DNA from: a bacterium
GTDB lineage: Bacteria; Patescibacteriota; Minisyncoccia; UBA6257; GWB1-50-10
Reading direction: 5' to 3'
Assembly (NCBI GenBank): GCA_021814545.1
Contig: JAKAID010000002.1
Span: 7,009 to 71,008, forward strand
Length of the DNA: 64,000 bases
A model generated the notes under the pieces. That model searched no databases. It saw only the letters and a program-made list of their open reading frames with translations, and was not told the origin of the DNA. A program made the position numbers and the translations under genes. Below are positions 1 through 10,108 of the stretch, piece by piece; position 1 is the first letter of the stretch; each line of letters starts with the position of its first letter.

Positions 1-563
1 CCTACTGAACCGACCGCCTGCTCCCGCTGTATCTCGAACAGCTTTGCGCGCAAGATTTCCATCGCTTTTTCGCGATTCGCGTGCTGGGTGCGTTCCTCGC
101 GGCACGACACCATAATGCCGGTGGGCTTGTGGACGATGCGCACCGCGCTCTCTACCTTGTTCACGTTCTGCCCGCCGGGGCCGCCCGCACGGGAAAAAGT
201 TACCTCGAGGTCGCCTTCTTTAAGCTGCACCGCCTTCGCCTCCACGATAGGAAGCACCGCAACCGACGCGGTTGAGGTGTGCACCCTGCCCGAGCGCTCG
301 GTCGCCGGCACACGCTGCACGCGGTGCACGCCCGACTCCTGTTTCATCGAATCATAAATGCCCTGCCCCTTCATTTCTACGACAAGGGTTTTATAGCCGC
401 GCGCTCCCGATTCGCTTGCATCGAGCACAGCAAAACCCCAGCCGCGCAGCATGGCATAGCGCTGGTACATCTGTGCAAGGTCGTATGCAAAAAGCGAGGC
501 TTCATCGCCGCCGGCCCCCGCGCGAATTTCCAAAATTATCTTGTTGATACTCTGCGTCTCCAT
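1..563 (-). CDS. prfA: Peptide chain release factor 1, lacking N-terminal domain 1; 3' end runs off the window
   Basis: Manual translation [26 protein letters not shown]...[14 protein letters not shown]...[18 protein letters not shown]; has GGQ and the RF1-type PAT tripeptide; in-frame TAA three codons upstream of ATG 563. Confidence 0.92.
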   Translation of the reverse strand, partial: METQSINKIILEIRAGAGGDEASLFAYDLAQMYQRYAMLRGWGFAVLDASESGARGYKTLVVEMKGQGIYDSMKQESGVHRVQRVPATERSGRVHTSTASVAVLPIVEAKAVQLKEGDLEVTFSRAGGPGGQNVNKVESAVRIVHKPTGIMVSCREERTQHANREKAMEILRAKLFEIQREQAVGSV

Positions 564-607
564 TGAAAATGATTAAATACGAAAAACGCCGTTCTGGCAA
601 GAAAACG

Positions 608-1486
608 CTATAGCCGATTAAACAGCCTCAGACGGGCGAGCGCGATACGTTCTATCTCCGCGATAACTTCCGGCATAACCTTATAGGGCGCAACCTCGTT
701 CGGATGTTCCTTGAGGGACTCTTCTAATTCTTTGCGCCACGCAATGCGAAGTTCGGTCGAGATGTGGATAATGGAAACGCCCGCATCAATAGCGGCGAGA
801 AAATCCGCATCCGTATTCCCCGACCCGCCGTGGAGCACCATCGGAATTTGGATTGCCTCATGTATCGCCCTGATGCGCGCGATGTCGAGTGCGGGGTCGG
901 GCGCATTCGCGAACATGCCGTGGATATTCCCGACCGCGGGCGCCAACATATCAACGCCCGTTTCTGCAACGAACCGCCGCGCCTCTTCCGGTTTCGTAAG
1001 GTCTTCGGGCCGTATCGCCGCACCCGCAGGCAATTCTTTGCGCACTTCTGACGCGCTCCCGATATACCCAAGCTCGCCCTCCACCAGAATATTCGAGTTC
1101 GCGCCCTTCACAATGCGCATCGCTTCCTTGGTCTGTGCGATGTTCTCCTCGAGCGGAAGTTTCCCGCCGTCGAAAAGGACCGCATCAAATCCCGCCTCCG
1201 CGGCCTCCTTCACCTTATCGAGCGAATGGGTATGGTCCGCATTCAAATAGAATCGGAACCCATTCTCCTTCGCGTGCTCCGCGTTATAGCTTTTTATAAG
1301 GTCGGCAACATGATGCACGCCAAGATATCCGCGCTCGCCTTCGGACACGCCGATAATGACCGGCACGTCGAGCTTCATACCTGCATGCGCGATGGCCTTC
1401 AGCTGTTCGAGATTGCCGATATTGAAGTGCGCAACCGCTATTTTTTTCTTCGCCGCTTCAGCGAGCGTCTCTCGTAGTGTCTTCAT
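608..1486 (-). CDS. fba: Class II fructose-bisphosphate aldolase
   Basis: Motifs ADH, VEGELG, LAPAVGNIHG, VLHGGSG. Confidence 0.92.
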   Translation of the reverse strand: MKTLRETLAEAAKKKIAVAHFNIGNLEQLKAIAHAGMKLDVPVIIGVSEGERGYLGVHHVADLIKSYNAEHAKENGFRFYLNADHTHSLDKVKEAAEAGFDAVLFDGGKLPLEENIAQTKEAMRIVKGANSNILVEGELGYIGSASEVRKELPAGAAIRPEDLTKPEEARRFVAETGVDMLAPAVGNIHGMFANAPDPALDIARIRAIHEAIQIPMVLHGGSGNTDADFLAAIDAGVSIIHISTELRIAWRKELEESLKEHPNEVAPYKVMPEVIAEIERIALARLRLFNRL

Positions 1487-2736
1487 AGTTCAAAATAACC
1501 AGTAATAAGGAATTTTTTGCAATATTCTTCAAGCTGCGCCTCCCCGAAATATTCAATAAAGATGCGGTTCCAAAGCGCCTCCTGGTGGTGATAGAGGAAT
1601 TTCACCTGCTCGTGGCGCTTCACGAGCCCCATCACGGTGTCGACAAGATCAAAGCTTACCAGAATATCATTCCCCATCTCATCATGGAAAAAATCACCTA
1701 CCCAATCGAGGTCACGCCAAAAATTGAGCCCGCGCCCGAGCTCGCCGAACGAGCTTGCGGATGCTTCAAGGTCATCCTCGGCCTTATGCCAATGGAGCGC
1801 CTCAGGGTTGATGTGCGGCACGAAGAGACGCCAATCGTTCTCATCGTCTTTTGCGAGATACCGCTGGATAACGAGCCATTGTACCGAATCATTCTCCGGA
1901 AGGCGCTTGTCGAGCGTATCGCCGCGCAGGAGCGAAAGAAGATGCTCGACGAACGTTTTGGGATGCTCGGCAAGCGTTTTGATAATCTCGGAATAGAACG
2001 GTATCTCGTGCGAATAGTGGAAAATGAGACTCAACATACGGAGAAGCTCGCCCGAAATACCAAGCGAAGTCGGGATGACAAAGAGGATGCCGAATTCCTT
2101 CAAGTGGCTCACATTGTGCCACTTCTTCATCACGAATATCTTCGCGAATTTCGCCCATTTTTCGGAAAGCACGCGCACCTCGACCGCGCGGTCCTCAAAA
2201 TCCGCAGGAGTAAGGCTGTTATACTGCGGGAAAAACGACTTATTGAGCCACTCGTTTCCCTCAACGAAACGAAGCGCCGCAAGTATCTCCACGATATCCT
2301 CTTTCGCGAGCATCTCCTCGACCGTGCGGTAACCAAGATACGCGATGATTTTCGTAGGCGGTGTTTTCTTCAAAAGCTCTGCCGCCTTCTCCATCTTGAT
2401 GAAGTACCCCTTCGGTATCTTTAACACCTTTTTTGCGATAGCGATAGCGTTCAAAAAATCCTGGGGCACGCTGCACTTATTGCTTCCCGTCCGTTCGCAA
2501 AGCCACACATCATGGCTTTCCACTTTGCCGATGAGCGCGTCGTACACCTCTTTTGCGTGCGCATCTTCGGAAAGACCGAGTTTTTGAAGGCGGTCTTTGA
2601 TGCGCACCTCATTTTCATAAATAATGCGGTCGAATACGCCCTTCTTTCCCGTGAATTGCGAAAGCCGTTTTTCGACTGAATAGATATAATCCTTGTCGGT
2701 GCGCAGAATATGGGCGACTTTTTCTATCGAATCCAT
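1483..2736 (-). CDS. Hypothetical 417-aa protein in the carbon-metabolism operon
   Basis: Long ORF; ATGA overlap with fba at 1483-1486; no family recognised. Confidence 0.8.
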   Translation of the reverse strand: MDSIEKVAHILRTDKDYIYSVEKRLSQFTGKKGVFDRIIYENEVRIKDRLQKLGLSEDAHAKEVYDALIGKVESHDVWLCERTGSNKCSVPQDFLNAIAIAKKVLKIPKGYFIKMEKAAELLKKTPPTKIIAYLGYRTVEEMLAKEDIVEILAALRFVEGNEWLNKSFFPQYNSLTPADFEDRAVEVRVLSEKWAKFAKIFVMKKWHNVSHLKEFGILFVIPTSLGISGELLRMLSLIFHYSHEIPFYSEIIKTLAEHPKTFVEHLLSLLRGDTLDKRLPENDSVQWLVIQRYLAKDDENDWRLFVPHINPEALHWHKAEDDLEASASSFGELGRGLNFWRDLDWVGDFFHDEMGNDILVSFDLVDTVMGLVKRHEQVKFLYHHQEALWNRIFIEYFGEAQLEEYCKKFLITGYFEL

Positions 2737-2746
2737 AAAAGAGACG

Positions 2747-3745
2747 TTAATAGAGCGGTTCTACGTCGAGATTCAGATACTTCCAGCGCTTGTTATCAAA
2801 ATCCTTTTTGGTGAGAATTCCCTCCTCGGCACCCACATGTTCAATGACCGCGGTCGAGTTTGCGGCAGCGAGGCGCAATGCATAACAGATATCGTTCGAG
2901 CGAATAAACCCCGCAACGAACCCGGAGCCAAAGGCATCTCCCGCGCCCGTGCGCGCCGCCACTTCTTTTTCCTTGAACGTGCCGCAGCGATAGACCGTCT
3001 TCCCATCGGACGCAAGGGCGCCCCGCGGGCCGTCGGTCATAATAGCAATTCCGTCGACGAGCGCATCGAATTTCTTGAAAAGCCGTTTCTCGTCGTTATA
3101 AGGAACATCGGTAAGCGCTGCTGCCTCTTCACGGTTCGCGATAACGATATCAGACTGCGCAATGAGCGCCTTAAGATCTTTCATCGCGTGCGCGATATAA
3201 TGCCCAGAAGGGTTAAGGGCGATACGGACGCCGTTCTTTTTAAGCGTCGCAAAAATATCGCGCATGAGCGCCACATCGATGTTCGCAGGTGCAATATACG
3301 CCCACCCCGCACGGAGCTTCGAAAGCAGCACGCTTTTTTTCTGAAGCGGAGTTCCGCGATGCACAAGGATGGTGCGTTCGCCATCGGGCGCAAGGAGAAT
3401 AGTCGCGTAGTCCGTCTCGCCCGCATGCACCGCATTGAGTACCGCGATACCCTCCGCATCGAGCTCTTTTACGATTTCCCGGCCCGCCTCGTCATCGCCC
3501 ATCTTCGCGACCATACCGGTCGAAAGTCCCTGCCGCGCGAACGTTACTGCCGCATTCGCGGCATCCCCGCCGGTAGAACGTACGAATGAATCCACAGTTA
3601 TTTTTGAGCCCAGAGCAAAACACTGTGCCTCTCCCGTGGGAAAGCCGATATGTTCAAGGTGTTTCGGATCGCGAAGTACCTTGAAAAGCTTGCTCTTCAA
3701 AAAGACGTCTCTCGTCGCTGAACCTATCGTGATTACATCGAACAT
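2747..3745 (-). CDS. PfkB/ribokinase-family carbohydrate kinase
   Basis: GGDAANAA and RTGAGDAFGSG signatures; start placed at MFDVITIG after TATAAT. Confidence 0.9.
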   Translation of the reverse strand: MFDVITIGSATRDVFLKSKLFKVLRDPKHLEHIGFPTGEAQCFALGSKITVDSFVRSTGGDAANAAVTFARQGLSTGMVAKMGDDEAGREIVKELDAEGIAVLNAVHAGETDYATILLAPDGERTILVHRGTPLQKKSVLLSKLRAGWAYIAPANIDVALMRDIFATLKKNGVRIALNPSGHYIAHAMKDLKALIAQSDIVIANREEAAALTDVPYNDEKRLFKKFDALVDGIAIMTDGPRGALASDGKTVYRCGTFKEKEVAARTGAGDAFGSGFVAGFIRSNDICYALRLAAANSTAVIEHVGAEEGILTKKDFDNKRWKYLNLDVEPLY

Positions 3746-3789
3746 GGGGTTTTTGTAATTATACCCCATTTCATGCCCATCATGAATTG

Positions 3790-4782
3790 CTATTTCTTCC
3801 GTTTTATTGCCTTATGCGCCGCGGCAACAATATCCTTCACCCCCATGCCGTACGCCTCGATAAGCTCGGCGGGCTTTCCCGATTCGCCAAACACGCCCTG
3901 CAAACCGACAAACTCCTGGGGCGTAGGGAGATGCTTTGCGAGAAACTCCGCTACCGCGCTCCCCATCCCTCCAGCAACTTGATGCTCTTCCACGGTCACA
4001 ACGGCACCCGTTTTCTTCGCGACTTCAAGTATCTTCTTCTCGTCCATGGGTTTCACAGTGTGATTATTGAGCACGATGGTTCCCACGCCCTCTTTGTCGA
4101 GCGCGCGTGCCGCAAGCAGCGCGGTATGCACGAGCGTGCCGCACGCGATAAGAGCGACCTCCGGGCGCTTCGACTCCCAAAATACTTCCGCCTTCCCTGG
4201 CGTAAATTTCGTGTCGCGGGTCGTGATAAGCGGCGTCGCTTCACGCGCGAACCGGATATAGACCGGCCCCCATAGTTTTGCCGCGGCAAGCGTTGCCTTA
4301 CGCGCCTCTTCCGCATCACAGGGAACGATAACCGTCATATTCGCCATCACCCGCATGGTCGCGATATCCTCGACCGCCTGATGCGTTGCGCCGTCCGGCC
4401 CCACCGAAATACCCGCATGGTGCCCCGCGATTTTCACGTTCGCATCATTGTACGAAATGGTGGTGCGTATCTGCTCCCAGTTCCTCCCGGGAGAGAACGT
4501 GGCGTATGAAGAAATGAAGGGGACCTTCCCCGAAACACCCAAACCCGCAGCGATGGTCGCCATGTTCTGTTCAGCGACACCAACCTCAAAATAACGCTCC
4601 GGAAAGGTGTTCGCGAACCCCTCAACGCGCGTTGACTCCTTAAGGTCCGCGCAGAGCACCACCACCTCCGGCGCGGTCTTCCCAAGCTCCATGAGCGCCT
4701 CGCCATACCCGTTCCGAATGGGCGCCTGCGCGGAGTCGGCTTCGAATATTTTTTTATTTAATTTTGCAGTGTCCTTCAACAT
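3790..4782 (-). CDS. tkt: Transketolase, C-terminal subunit
   Basis: GVAEQNM, DGATHQ, VEEH...GGMGS motifs. Confidence 0.93.
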   Translation of the reverse strand: MLKDTAKLNKKIFEADSAQAPIRNGYGEALMELGKTAPEVVVLCADLKESTRVEGFANTFPERYFEVGVAEQNMATIAAGLGVSGKVPFISSYATFSPGRNWEQIRTTISYNDANVKIAGHHAGISVGPDGATHQAVEDIATMRVMANMTVIVPCDAEEARKATLAAAKLWGPVYIRFAREATPLITTRDTKFTPGKAEVFWESKRPEVALIACGTLVHTALLAARALDKEGVGTIVLNNHTVKPMDEKKILEVAKKTGAVVTVEEHQVAGGMGSAVAEFLAKHLPTPQEFVGLQGVFGESGKPAELIEAYGMGVKDIVAAAHKAIKRKK

Positions 4783-4785
4783 GCG

Positions 4786-5646
4786 CTATTCGTGTTCTGA
4801 CTTTATTTTCCTCCCTAACGTGCGAAGCTCCGCAAGCGCCTCTTTTGCCTGCGCCTTGTTCGGCGGTTTCCCGTGCCAAGCAAAATCGTTTTCCATAAAG
4901 CTCACCCCCCTCCCGGGAATCGTATGCGCGATGATAAGCGTCGGCTTTTCATGTATCGCCATCGCCTCATACACTGCATCGATGAACCGCTCGATACTGT
5001 GGCCGTCCACCTCTATCACATGCCAGCGGAATGCCTCGTACTTCGCTCGTATCGAATCAAGTGGCATCACCTGCTCGGTGAAACCATCTATCTGGATATT
5101 GTTCCTATCCATAATAGCGGTGAGATTCGAAAGACGGTTTTTTCCTGCGAACATCGCCGCTTCCCAGGTGTTCCCCTCCTGCTGCTCGCCATCAGACATC
5201 AAACAATACACGCGGTGCTTTTTCCCATCAAGGCGCGCCGCAAGCGCCATGCCGATGGCTTGCGAAAGCCCCGAGCCTAAAGGACCAGAGGTCGTCTCGA
5301 TGCCAGGAAGGCTCCCGCGGTGAGGGTGTCCCTGAAGCCGCGAATGAAGCTTGCGAAGCGTGTAAAGCTCCTCAAGCGGAAAATAGCCCGCGTACGCCAT
5401 CGTCGTGTAAAGAACGGGGCAGATATGCCCGTTCGAGAGCACAAGACGGTCACGGAGAGGCCAATCGGGCTTCTTCGGGTTGTGGTTCAAAATATGGAAA
5501 TACATGGCAGTGAAAATATCTGCCATGCCCAGGGGCCCCGCAGAGTGTCCGGACCCTGCCTCAAGAAGCACGTTTATAAGGCGTTCGCGAATGCGATTCG
5601 CCATCTCCTCGAGATGTTGTAATTTTTTTTCGTGCAGCGGTTCCAT
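4786..5646 (-). CDS. tkt: Transketolase, N-terminal TPP-binding subunit
   Basis: GSGH, DRLVLSNGH, LQGHP, SDGE..EG..WEA. Confidence 0.93.
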   Translation of the reverse strand: MEPLHEKKLQHLEEMANRIRERLINVLLEAGSGHSAGPLGMADIFTAMYFHILNHNPKKPDWPLRDRLVLSNGHICPVLYTTMAYAGYFPLEELYTLRKLHSRLQGHPHRGSLPGIETTSGPLGSGLSQAIGMALAARLDGKKHRVYCLMSDGEQQEGNTWEAAMFAGKNRLSNLTAIMDRNNIQIDGFTEQVMPLDSIRAKYEAFRWHVIEVDGHSIERFIDAVYEAMAIHEKPTLIIAHTIPGRGVSFMENDFAWHGKPPNKAQAKEALAELRTLGRKIKSEHE

Positions 5647-5670
5647 TCCTTTCTTTAATTATATCATTCG

Positions 5671-6321
5671 CTACGCGCGTTCGAGCGTACGGAACGCCGC
5701 GGCGCGGTCCTCGCTCTCCCAAATATATGATGCCGCTGAAACAATATCGGCGCCCGCAGCGCGCACGCGCGCGGCAACCATAGGATTCACGCCCCCGTCT
5801 ATTTCTATCGCGGCGTAGGGCGCCTTGCTCCGCAATGTTTTTATTTTTGCGATAACCCGCTCGTCGAACGACTGTCCGGAGAGTCCGGGGGTGACCGCAA
5901 GGAGCTGGAACGCGCTCACGGTTTCAAGGTAAGGATACAACTCTTCTACGGCCGTATCGGGATTTTCCGAAAGCATGAACTCAACACCACGCGCGTTGCA
6001 TGCGCGCATAAGTTCAAAAAAAATATCTTGGCTTCTCCCCATGAGCGATTCAACATGCACAATGACGCGTGCAGCACCCGCGGCAAGCCACGCATCGAGT
6101 ATGTGTTCCGGACGCGCGACCATGAAATGGACCTCGAGTTTGAGCCCGGCGTTGCGGTATGCCGCAGTATCGTTCCAGGTCGGATTCGTCGAAAAAATAC
6201 CATCAGTAATATCGACATGAGCCCATGCCGCGCGGAGCGCACGCACCATCTCAAGCGTGCGGCGCACGCAGGCTTCTTCCGCGCAATTGATGGCGGGTAT
6301 CACGAGTAGCCTATCCTTCAT
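5671..6321 (-). CDS. rpe: Ribulose-phosphate 3-epimerase
   Basis: HVDITDG, EVHFMV, PGLSGQ, IEIDGGVN. Confidence 0.88.
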   Translation of the reverse strand: MKDRLLVIPAINCAEEACVRRTLEMVRALRAAWAHVDITDGIFSTNPTWNDTAAYRNAGLKLEVHFMVARPEHILDAWLAAGAARVIVHVESLMGRSQDIFFELMRACNARGVEFMLSENPDTAVEELYPYLETVSAFQLLAVTPGLSGQSFDERVIAKIKTLRSKAPYAAIEIDGGVNPMVAARVRAAGADIVSAASYIWESEDRAAAFRTLERA

Positions 6322-6796
6322 TTTCTTCCCCGTGCACGGGTTTCACATATTTCATTTCGACCTGGGCGATCTTCTCAAGTCTCCGCCGGTGGCGCACCTC
6401 GTCCGAGAACGGCGTCTGGAGCCAGGTAAGCGCTATTTTCGTTGCCTGAGCCGCATCCATATAGTTCGAGCCAAGACAAAGCACATTCGTGTCATCGTCG
6501 GTCCTGCTGTCATACGCCTGGTCAGAGCTCGAAACAAGTGCCGCGCGCACGTTCAAAAACTTGTTCGCCGCCACGCACATTCCCACGCCGGAACCGCATA
6601 TCAAAATGCCGCGGTTGCGTTCATAATCCACGCTCACCCGCTCCGCCACGCGTACCGCATAATCCACGTAATCGTCATCCTCGTTCAAAACATCGTCGCC
6701 CGCGTCAACGACCGGATAGCCCTCATACTTCAGCTTCTCAAGAAGCGCTTTTTTTATCTCAAACCCTCTGTGGTCCGCACCAATGTAGATGACCAT
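6311..6796 (-). CDS. rpiB: Ribose-5-phosphate isomerase B
   Basis: GADHRG, CGSGVGM..AANK, RH.RR. Confidence 0.92.
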   Translation of the reverse strand: MVIYIGADHRGFEIKKALLEKLKYEGYPVVDAGDDVLNEDDDYVDYAVRVAERVSVDYERNRGILICGSGVGMCVAANKFLNVRAALVSSSDQAYDSRTDDDTNVLCLGSNYMDAAQATKIALTWLQTPFSDEVRHRRRLEKIAQVEMKYVKPVHGEENEG

Positions 6797-6805
6797 GCTC
6801 TTTTA

Positions 6806-7843
6806 TTATAACGGAACAGAATACGGCTGAAAATTTTCATTTATTCTGATGGGCGCCAGGCGGACCGAATCTATTGCGTGCCGCCACACATTAACGTGAA
6901 GCATCGCACCACGGTTCGTTTCTTCCGAAAAAGTCTGATCAAACACGAAATTGCCGAGACTGTACGCTATCCACCCGCCGTGGTACTGCTGGAGCTCCTC
7001 AACAACGTGAGGATGGTGCCCCACGACGAGGTCCGCGCCCGCGTCTATGAGTTGTTCGCCGAACGCACGCTGCGCATCGGTAGCGCGCGTACGGTATTCC
7101 TGCCCCCAGTGGACCGTTACCACGACCACGTCCGCCTCCCTGTGCAAACGCCGCACGGCGGCAAGAAGCACTTCGGCATCGGAATTGCTCGTACCCGCCC
7201 TATCACCCTGTGCCTCATAGCTTTTGGGGTTAAGGTTCGTATATCCAACGAACGCAACGCGGGCCCCCGGGAGGTCCACGATGAGCGGCGCGTTCGCCTC
7301 TTCTTCATTTCTCCCCGCGCCAACCGTATGAATATCCGCGTTATGCAAAATGCCCACCGTATCGCGCAGCGCCTCGCGCCCCCAATCGAAAATATGATTA
7401 TTGGCGAGTGTAACTGCATCGAATCCCGCGAATAAAAGCCCCTCGACGAAGCGGGGGGCGGCCCGAAATGAGTACGGGTTGCCCATATCTTTTCCGCCCT
7501 CCGAAAGAGGGCCCTCGAGATTCCCGAGAAAGAACGATGCGGGCGCGGTCGTGCTCGCAATAAGCCTAAAAGGAAACGCGTAATCACCGCCGCGGCGCAC
7601 AACCTCGCCCGCAACACCCCGCGAGAGCATCACGTCGCCCGCAAAAAGAATGGTGCTCGATGCGCGCGCCTCCTGCACAGCATCCGCTGCAAGCGTCGCC
7701 TCAACCCGTGCTGCCACACCGCGCGCCTGCGTCGCGGCAAAAAGCGATGCTTGATACGCACCGCGCAGCTCATATGCGCGCATGAACACGGTACCCATCA
7801 AGAGGACGAGCGCCGCAAAAAGCAGTACGGATACAGCACGCAT
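6806..7843 (-). CDS. CapA/PGA_cap-family metallophosphatase-like protein with N-terminal membrane anchor
   Basis: GDVM, NLE, LANNH..D.G, HWG.EY, GHHPHV, YSLGNFVFDQ. Confidence 0.88.
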   Translation of the reverse strand: MRAVSVLLFAALVLLMGTVFMRAYELRGAYQASLFAATQARGVAARVEATLAADAVQEARASSTILFAGDVMLSRGVAGEVVRRGGDYAFPFRLIASTTAPASFFLGNLEGPLSEGGKDMGNPYSFRAAPRFVEGLLFAGFDAVTLANNHIFDWGREALRDTVGILHNADIHTVGAGRNEEEANAPLIVDLPGARVAFVGYTNLNPKSYEAQGDRAGTSNSDAEVLLAAVRRLHREADVVVVTVHWGQEYRTRATDAQRAFGEQLIDAGADLVVGHHPHVVEELQQYHGGWIAYSLGNFVFDQTFSEETNRGAMLHVNVWRHAIDSVRLAPIRINENFQPYSVPL

Positions 7844-7853
7844 GAAATGCTCC

Positions 7854-8870
7854 TTAAAGGAGTGCCGCAACGCGCTTGGTGTGCTCTACAAGCGTTGCCA
7901 CATAGCCTGCCTCGTTGTCATACCAAGAAAGCACCTTCACCAGATTCCCCCCCACCACCTTGGTGAATCCGAGGTCCACGATGGCACCGTACGGCTCGCC
8001 TATCACATCGGTCGAAACGATCTGCTCGTCAGTAACCTTCAAAATATTCTTCCACTTCGGGTCCTTCGCCGCGTTCCTAAAAATCTCGTTCACCTCCTCA
8101 ACGGTCGTGTTGCGCTTCGCGATAAAGGTGATATCCGCGAGCGAGCCCGTCACCACGGGCACGCGTATCGCGATGCCGTCAAATTTTCCTTCAAGTGATT
8201 TGAATGCGCGAGTGACCGCGATCGCGGCGCCCGTTGTTGATGGAGAAATATTTTGCGCTGCCGCCCTGCCCAGTCGGTAATCTTTGCCCTTCGTGGGGCC
8301 GTCCACAACCGATTGCCGCGCGGTGTACGCGTGGACCGTATTTAAAATAGCCTTCTCAATCCCTGGATTCTCCGCCATCACCTGAATGACCGGCGAAGTC
8401 GCGTTCGTGGTGCACGAGGCGTTCGAGGTTATTGCAACCGTCTTCGCCTCCGCCTCGTTCACGCCGAGAAGCACCGTTTTCCCGAGCACGCCATCCGCGT
8501 CTTTCGCAGGAGCGGTAATAACGACGCGCTTCGCACCCGCATCAAGGTGTACCCTTGCCTTTTCATATGCCTCGAACACGCCGGAAGATTCAACGACGAT
8601 GTCGATATCCAGCTTCTTCCAGGGCAGCTTCGCGGGGTCCTTCTCCTGCAGAAAAATGATTTCCTTCCCGTCCACCACGAGCATCGAATCATGGAAGGTG
8701 ACCTCGCCCGGATAGCGCCCATACGCCGTATCGTATTTCAAAAGATACGCGAGGTTCCCCACGTCGCCGAGATCGTTGATTGCCACGACATTGAACTGCG
8801 GGTCCTTCAACGCATTCTTTAAAAAGAGCCTCCCTATCCTCCCGAACCCATTAATCGCGATATTTACCAT
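7854..8870 (-). CDS. gap: Type I glyceraldehyde-3-phosphate dehydrogenase
   Basis: INGFGRIGR, SNASCTTN, WYDNE; start at MVNIAING, 6 nt after TATAAT. Confidence 0.96.
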   Translation of the reverse strand: MVNIAINGFGRIGRLFLKNALKDPQFNVVAINDLGDVGNLAYLLKYDTAYGRYPGEVTFHDSMLVVDGKEIIFLQEKDPAKLPWKKLDIDIVVESSGVFEAYEKARVHLDAGAKRVVITAPAKDADGVLGKTVLLGVNEAEAKTVAITSNASCTTNATSPVIQVMAENPGIEKAILNTVHAYTARQSVVDGPTKGKDYRLGRAAAQNISPSTTGAAIAVTRAFKSLEGKFDGIAIRVPVVTGSLADITFIAKRNTTVEEVNEIFRNAAKDPKWKNILKVTDEQIVSTDVIGEPYGAIVDLGFTKVVGGNLVKVLSWYDNEAGYVATLVEHTKRVAALL

Positions 8871-8908
8871 ATGCTTATTATAAGAAATAATGTGCGCCAA
8901 GGCGAACC

Positions 8909-10108
8909 CTATTCCCTGAATCGCACGTTCATGAGCACGAGGAACATAACAAGCCCGGCAAATGACATGGAGGCCGCGTAGACGAGCGCCGCTTGTGCGC
9001 TGATATACGTCCACAGCACGCCGCCTATCGTACCCGCAAGGAGTGCGGAAATGCCCACGGCAGCATTCAAAAAGCCCTGCCCGGTCGCTCGTATCTGCGG
9101 GTCGACAAGGCGCGCTACCATCGCGCGCTGAATACCGTCGGTCGCCGCGTTGAAGACGCCGATGAGCACAAAGCTCGCGAAAAGCCCCCAGAAACTCTGC
9201 GCAACGATGAGCCAAAGGTATGCAACGAGCGCACACATGAATCCAATGCTCACGATCTTCCGTTTCCCGAACGTATCGGCGAATTTACCGAAGGGAATGG
9301 ACGCGGTCACGCGCGCAAAATTCGCCACGAGATAGAAGAGCGGTACGCTTGCAACGCCAAGCCCCACCTCAGGAGAGCGAAGCACGAGAAGGGAGAGCGG
9401 CAACGCGCCAAGACCGAATACGAACACGGAGATGAGGAACACAACGAACCGCCTGTTGTCGCGCAGCAGTTTAATATCGAATCGCGGCGCGGTGGCGCCG
9501 TCGGGCCGTTTCACCTCGCGGACGAAAAGAAACGTGAGGACGCCGCAAATGCCTACTACGAATGCGACAAGAAAAATAGTGTGATAGGAGTAATACACGA
9601 GCGGAAACAATATGAACGCAGCAAGCGGCCCCAGCGTTCCGCCTATCGCATCCATCGCCCGATGATAACCGAAAGAAAAGCTTACGGTCTGCGGCGTGGT
9701 CGATTCTGAAATGAGCGCGTCGCGGGGCGCGTCGCGCATCCCCTTACCTACCCGGTCTATCGCACGAAGAACGAATACATCTCCATAGCCGCGAGCGAAT
9801 ATTAAAAAGGGGCGCGTGCTCGTGGAGAGAAGGTAGCCGAATACCGCGAAGGATTTTCTGCGGTTCATGACGTCCGAAATCCAGCCGAAAAATATCTTCA
9901 GCGTGCTTGCGATGGCATCCGCAACCCCCTCTATCACGCCGACCACTACAATAGGGGCACCGAGTACGCTCGTTAAGAACACGGGCATAATAGCCTGCAC
10001 CATCTCGGAAGACAGGTCGTTGAACATGCTCACGAGTCCGAGCAAAAATACATTACGCTCAAGCCCGAAAATCATTTTTTGCTCGCGAACAGTGTCAGGA
10101 GTGGTCAT
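8909..10108 (-). CDS. MFS transporter
   Basis: About 12 hydrophobic helices; G.ISD...RRK motif A; DRVGKG.R.APRDALI. Confidence 0.88.
   Translation of the reverse strand: MTTPDTVREQKMIFGLERNVFLLGLVSMFNDLSSEMVQAIMPVFLTSVLGAPIVVVGVIEGVADAIASTLKIFFGWISDVMNRRKSFAVFGYLLSTSTRPFLIFARGYGDVFVLRAIDRVGKGMRDAPRDALISESTTPQTVSFSFGYHRAMDAIGGTLGPLAAFILFPLVYYSYHTIFLVAFVVGICGVLTFLFVREVKRPDGATAPRFDIKLLRDNRRFVVFLISVFVFGLGALPLSLLVLRSPEVGLGVASVPLFYLVANFARVTASIPFGKFADTFGKRKIVSIGFMCALVAYLWLIVAQSFWGLFASFVLIGVFNAATDGIQRAMVARLVDPQIRATGQGFLNAAVGISALLAGTIGGVLWTYISAQAALVYAASMSFAGLVMFLVLMNVRFRE

Noticed and set aside
7854-9236. N-terminal extensions of gap and other ORF-track calls (11467-12105, 28639-30024, 36990-38846, 50761-51627)
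   Set aside because: They overlap upstream genes; better starts exist next to -10 boxes, SDs or ATGA overlaps
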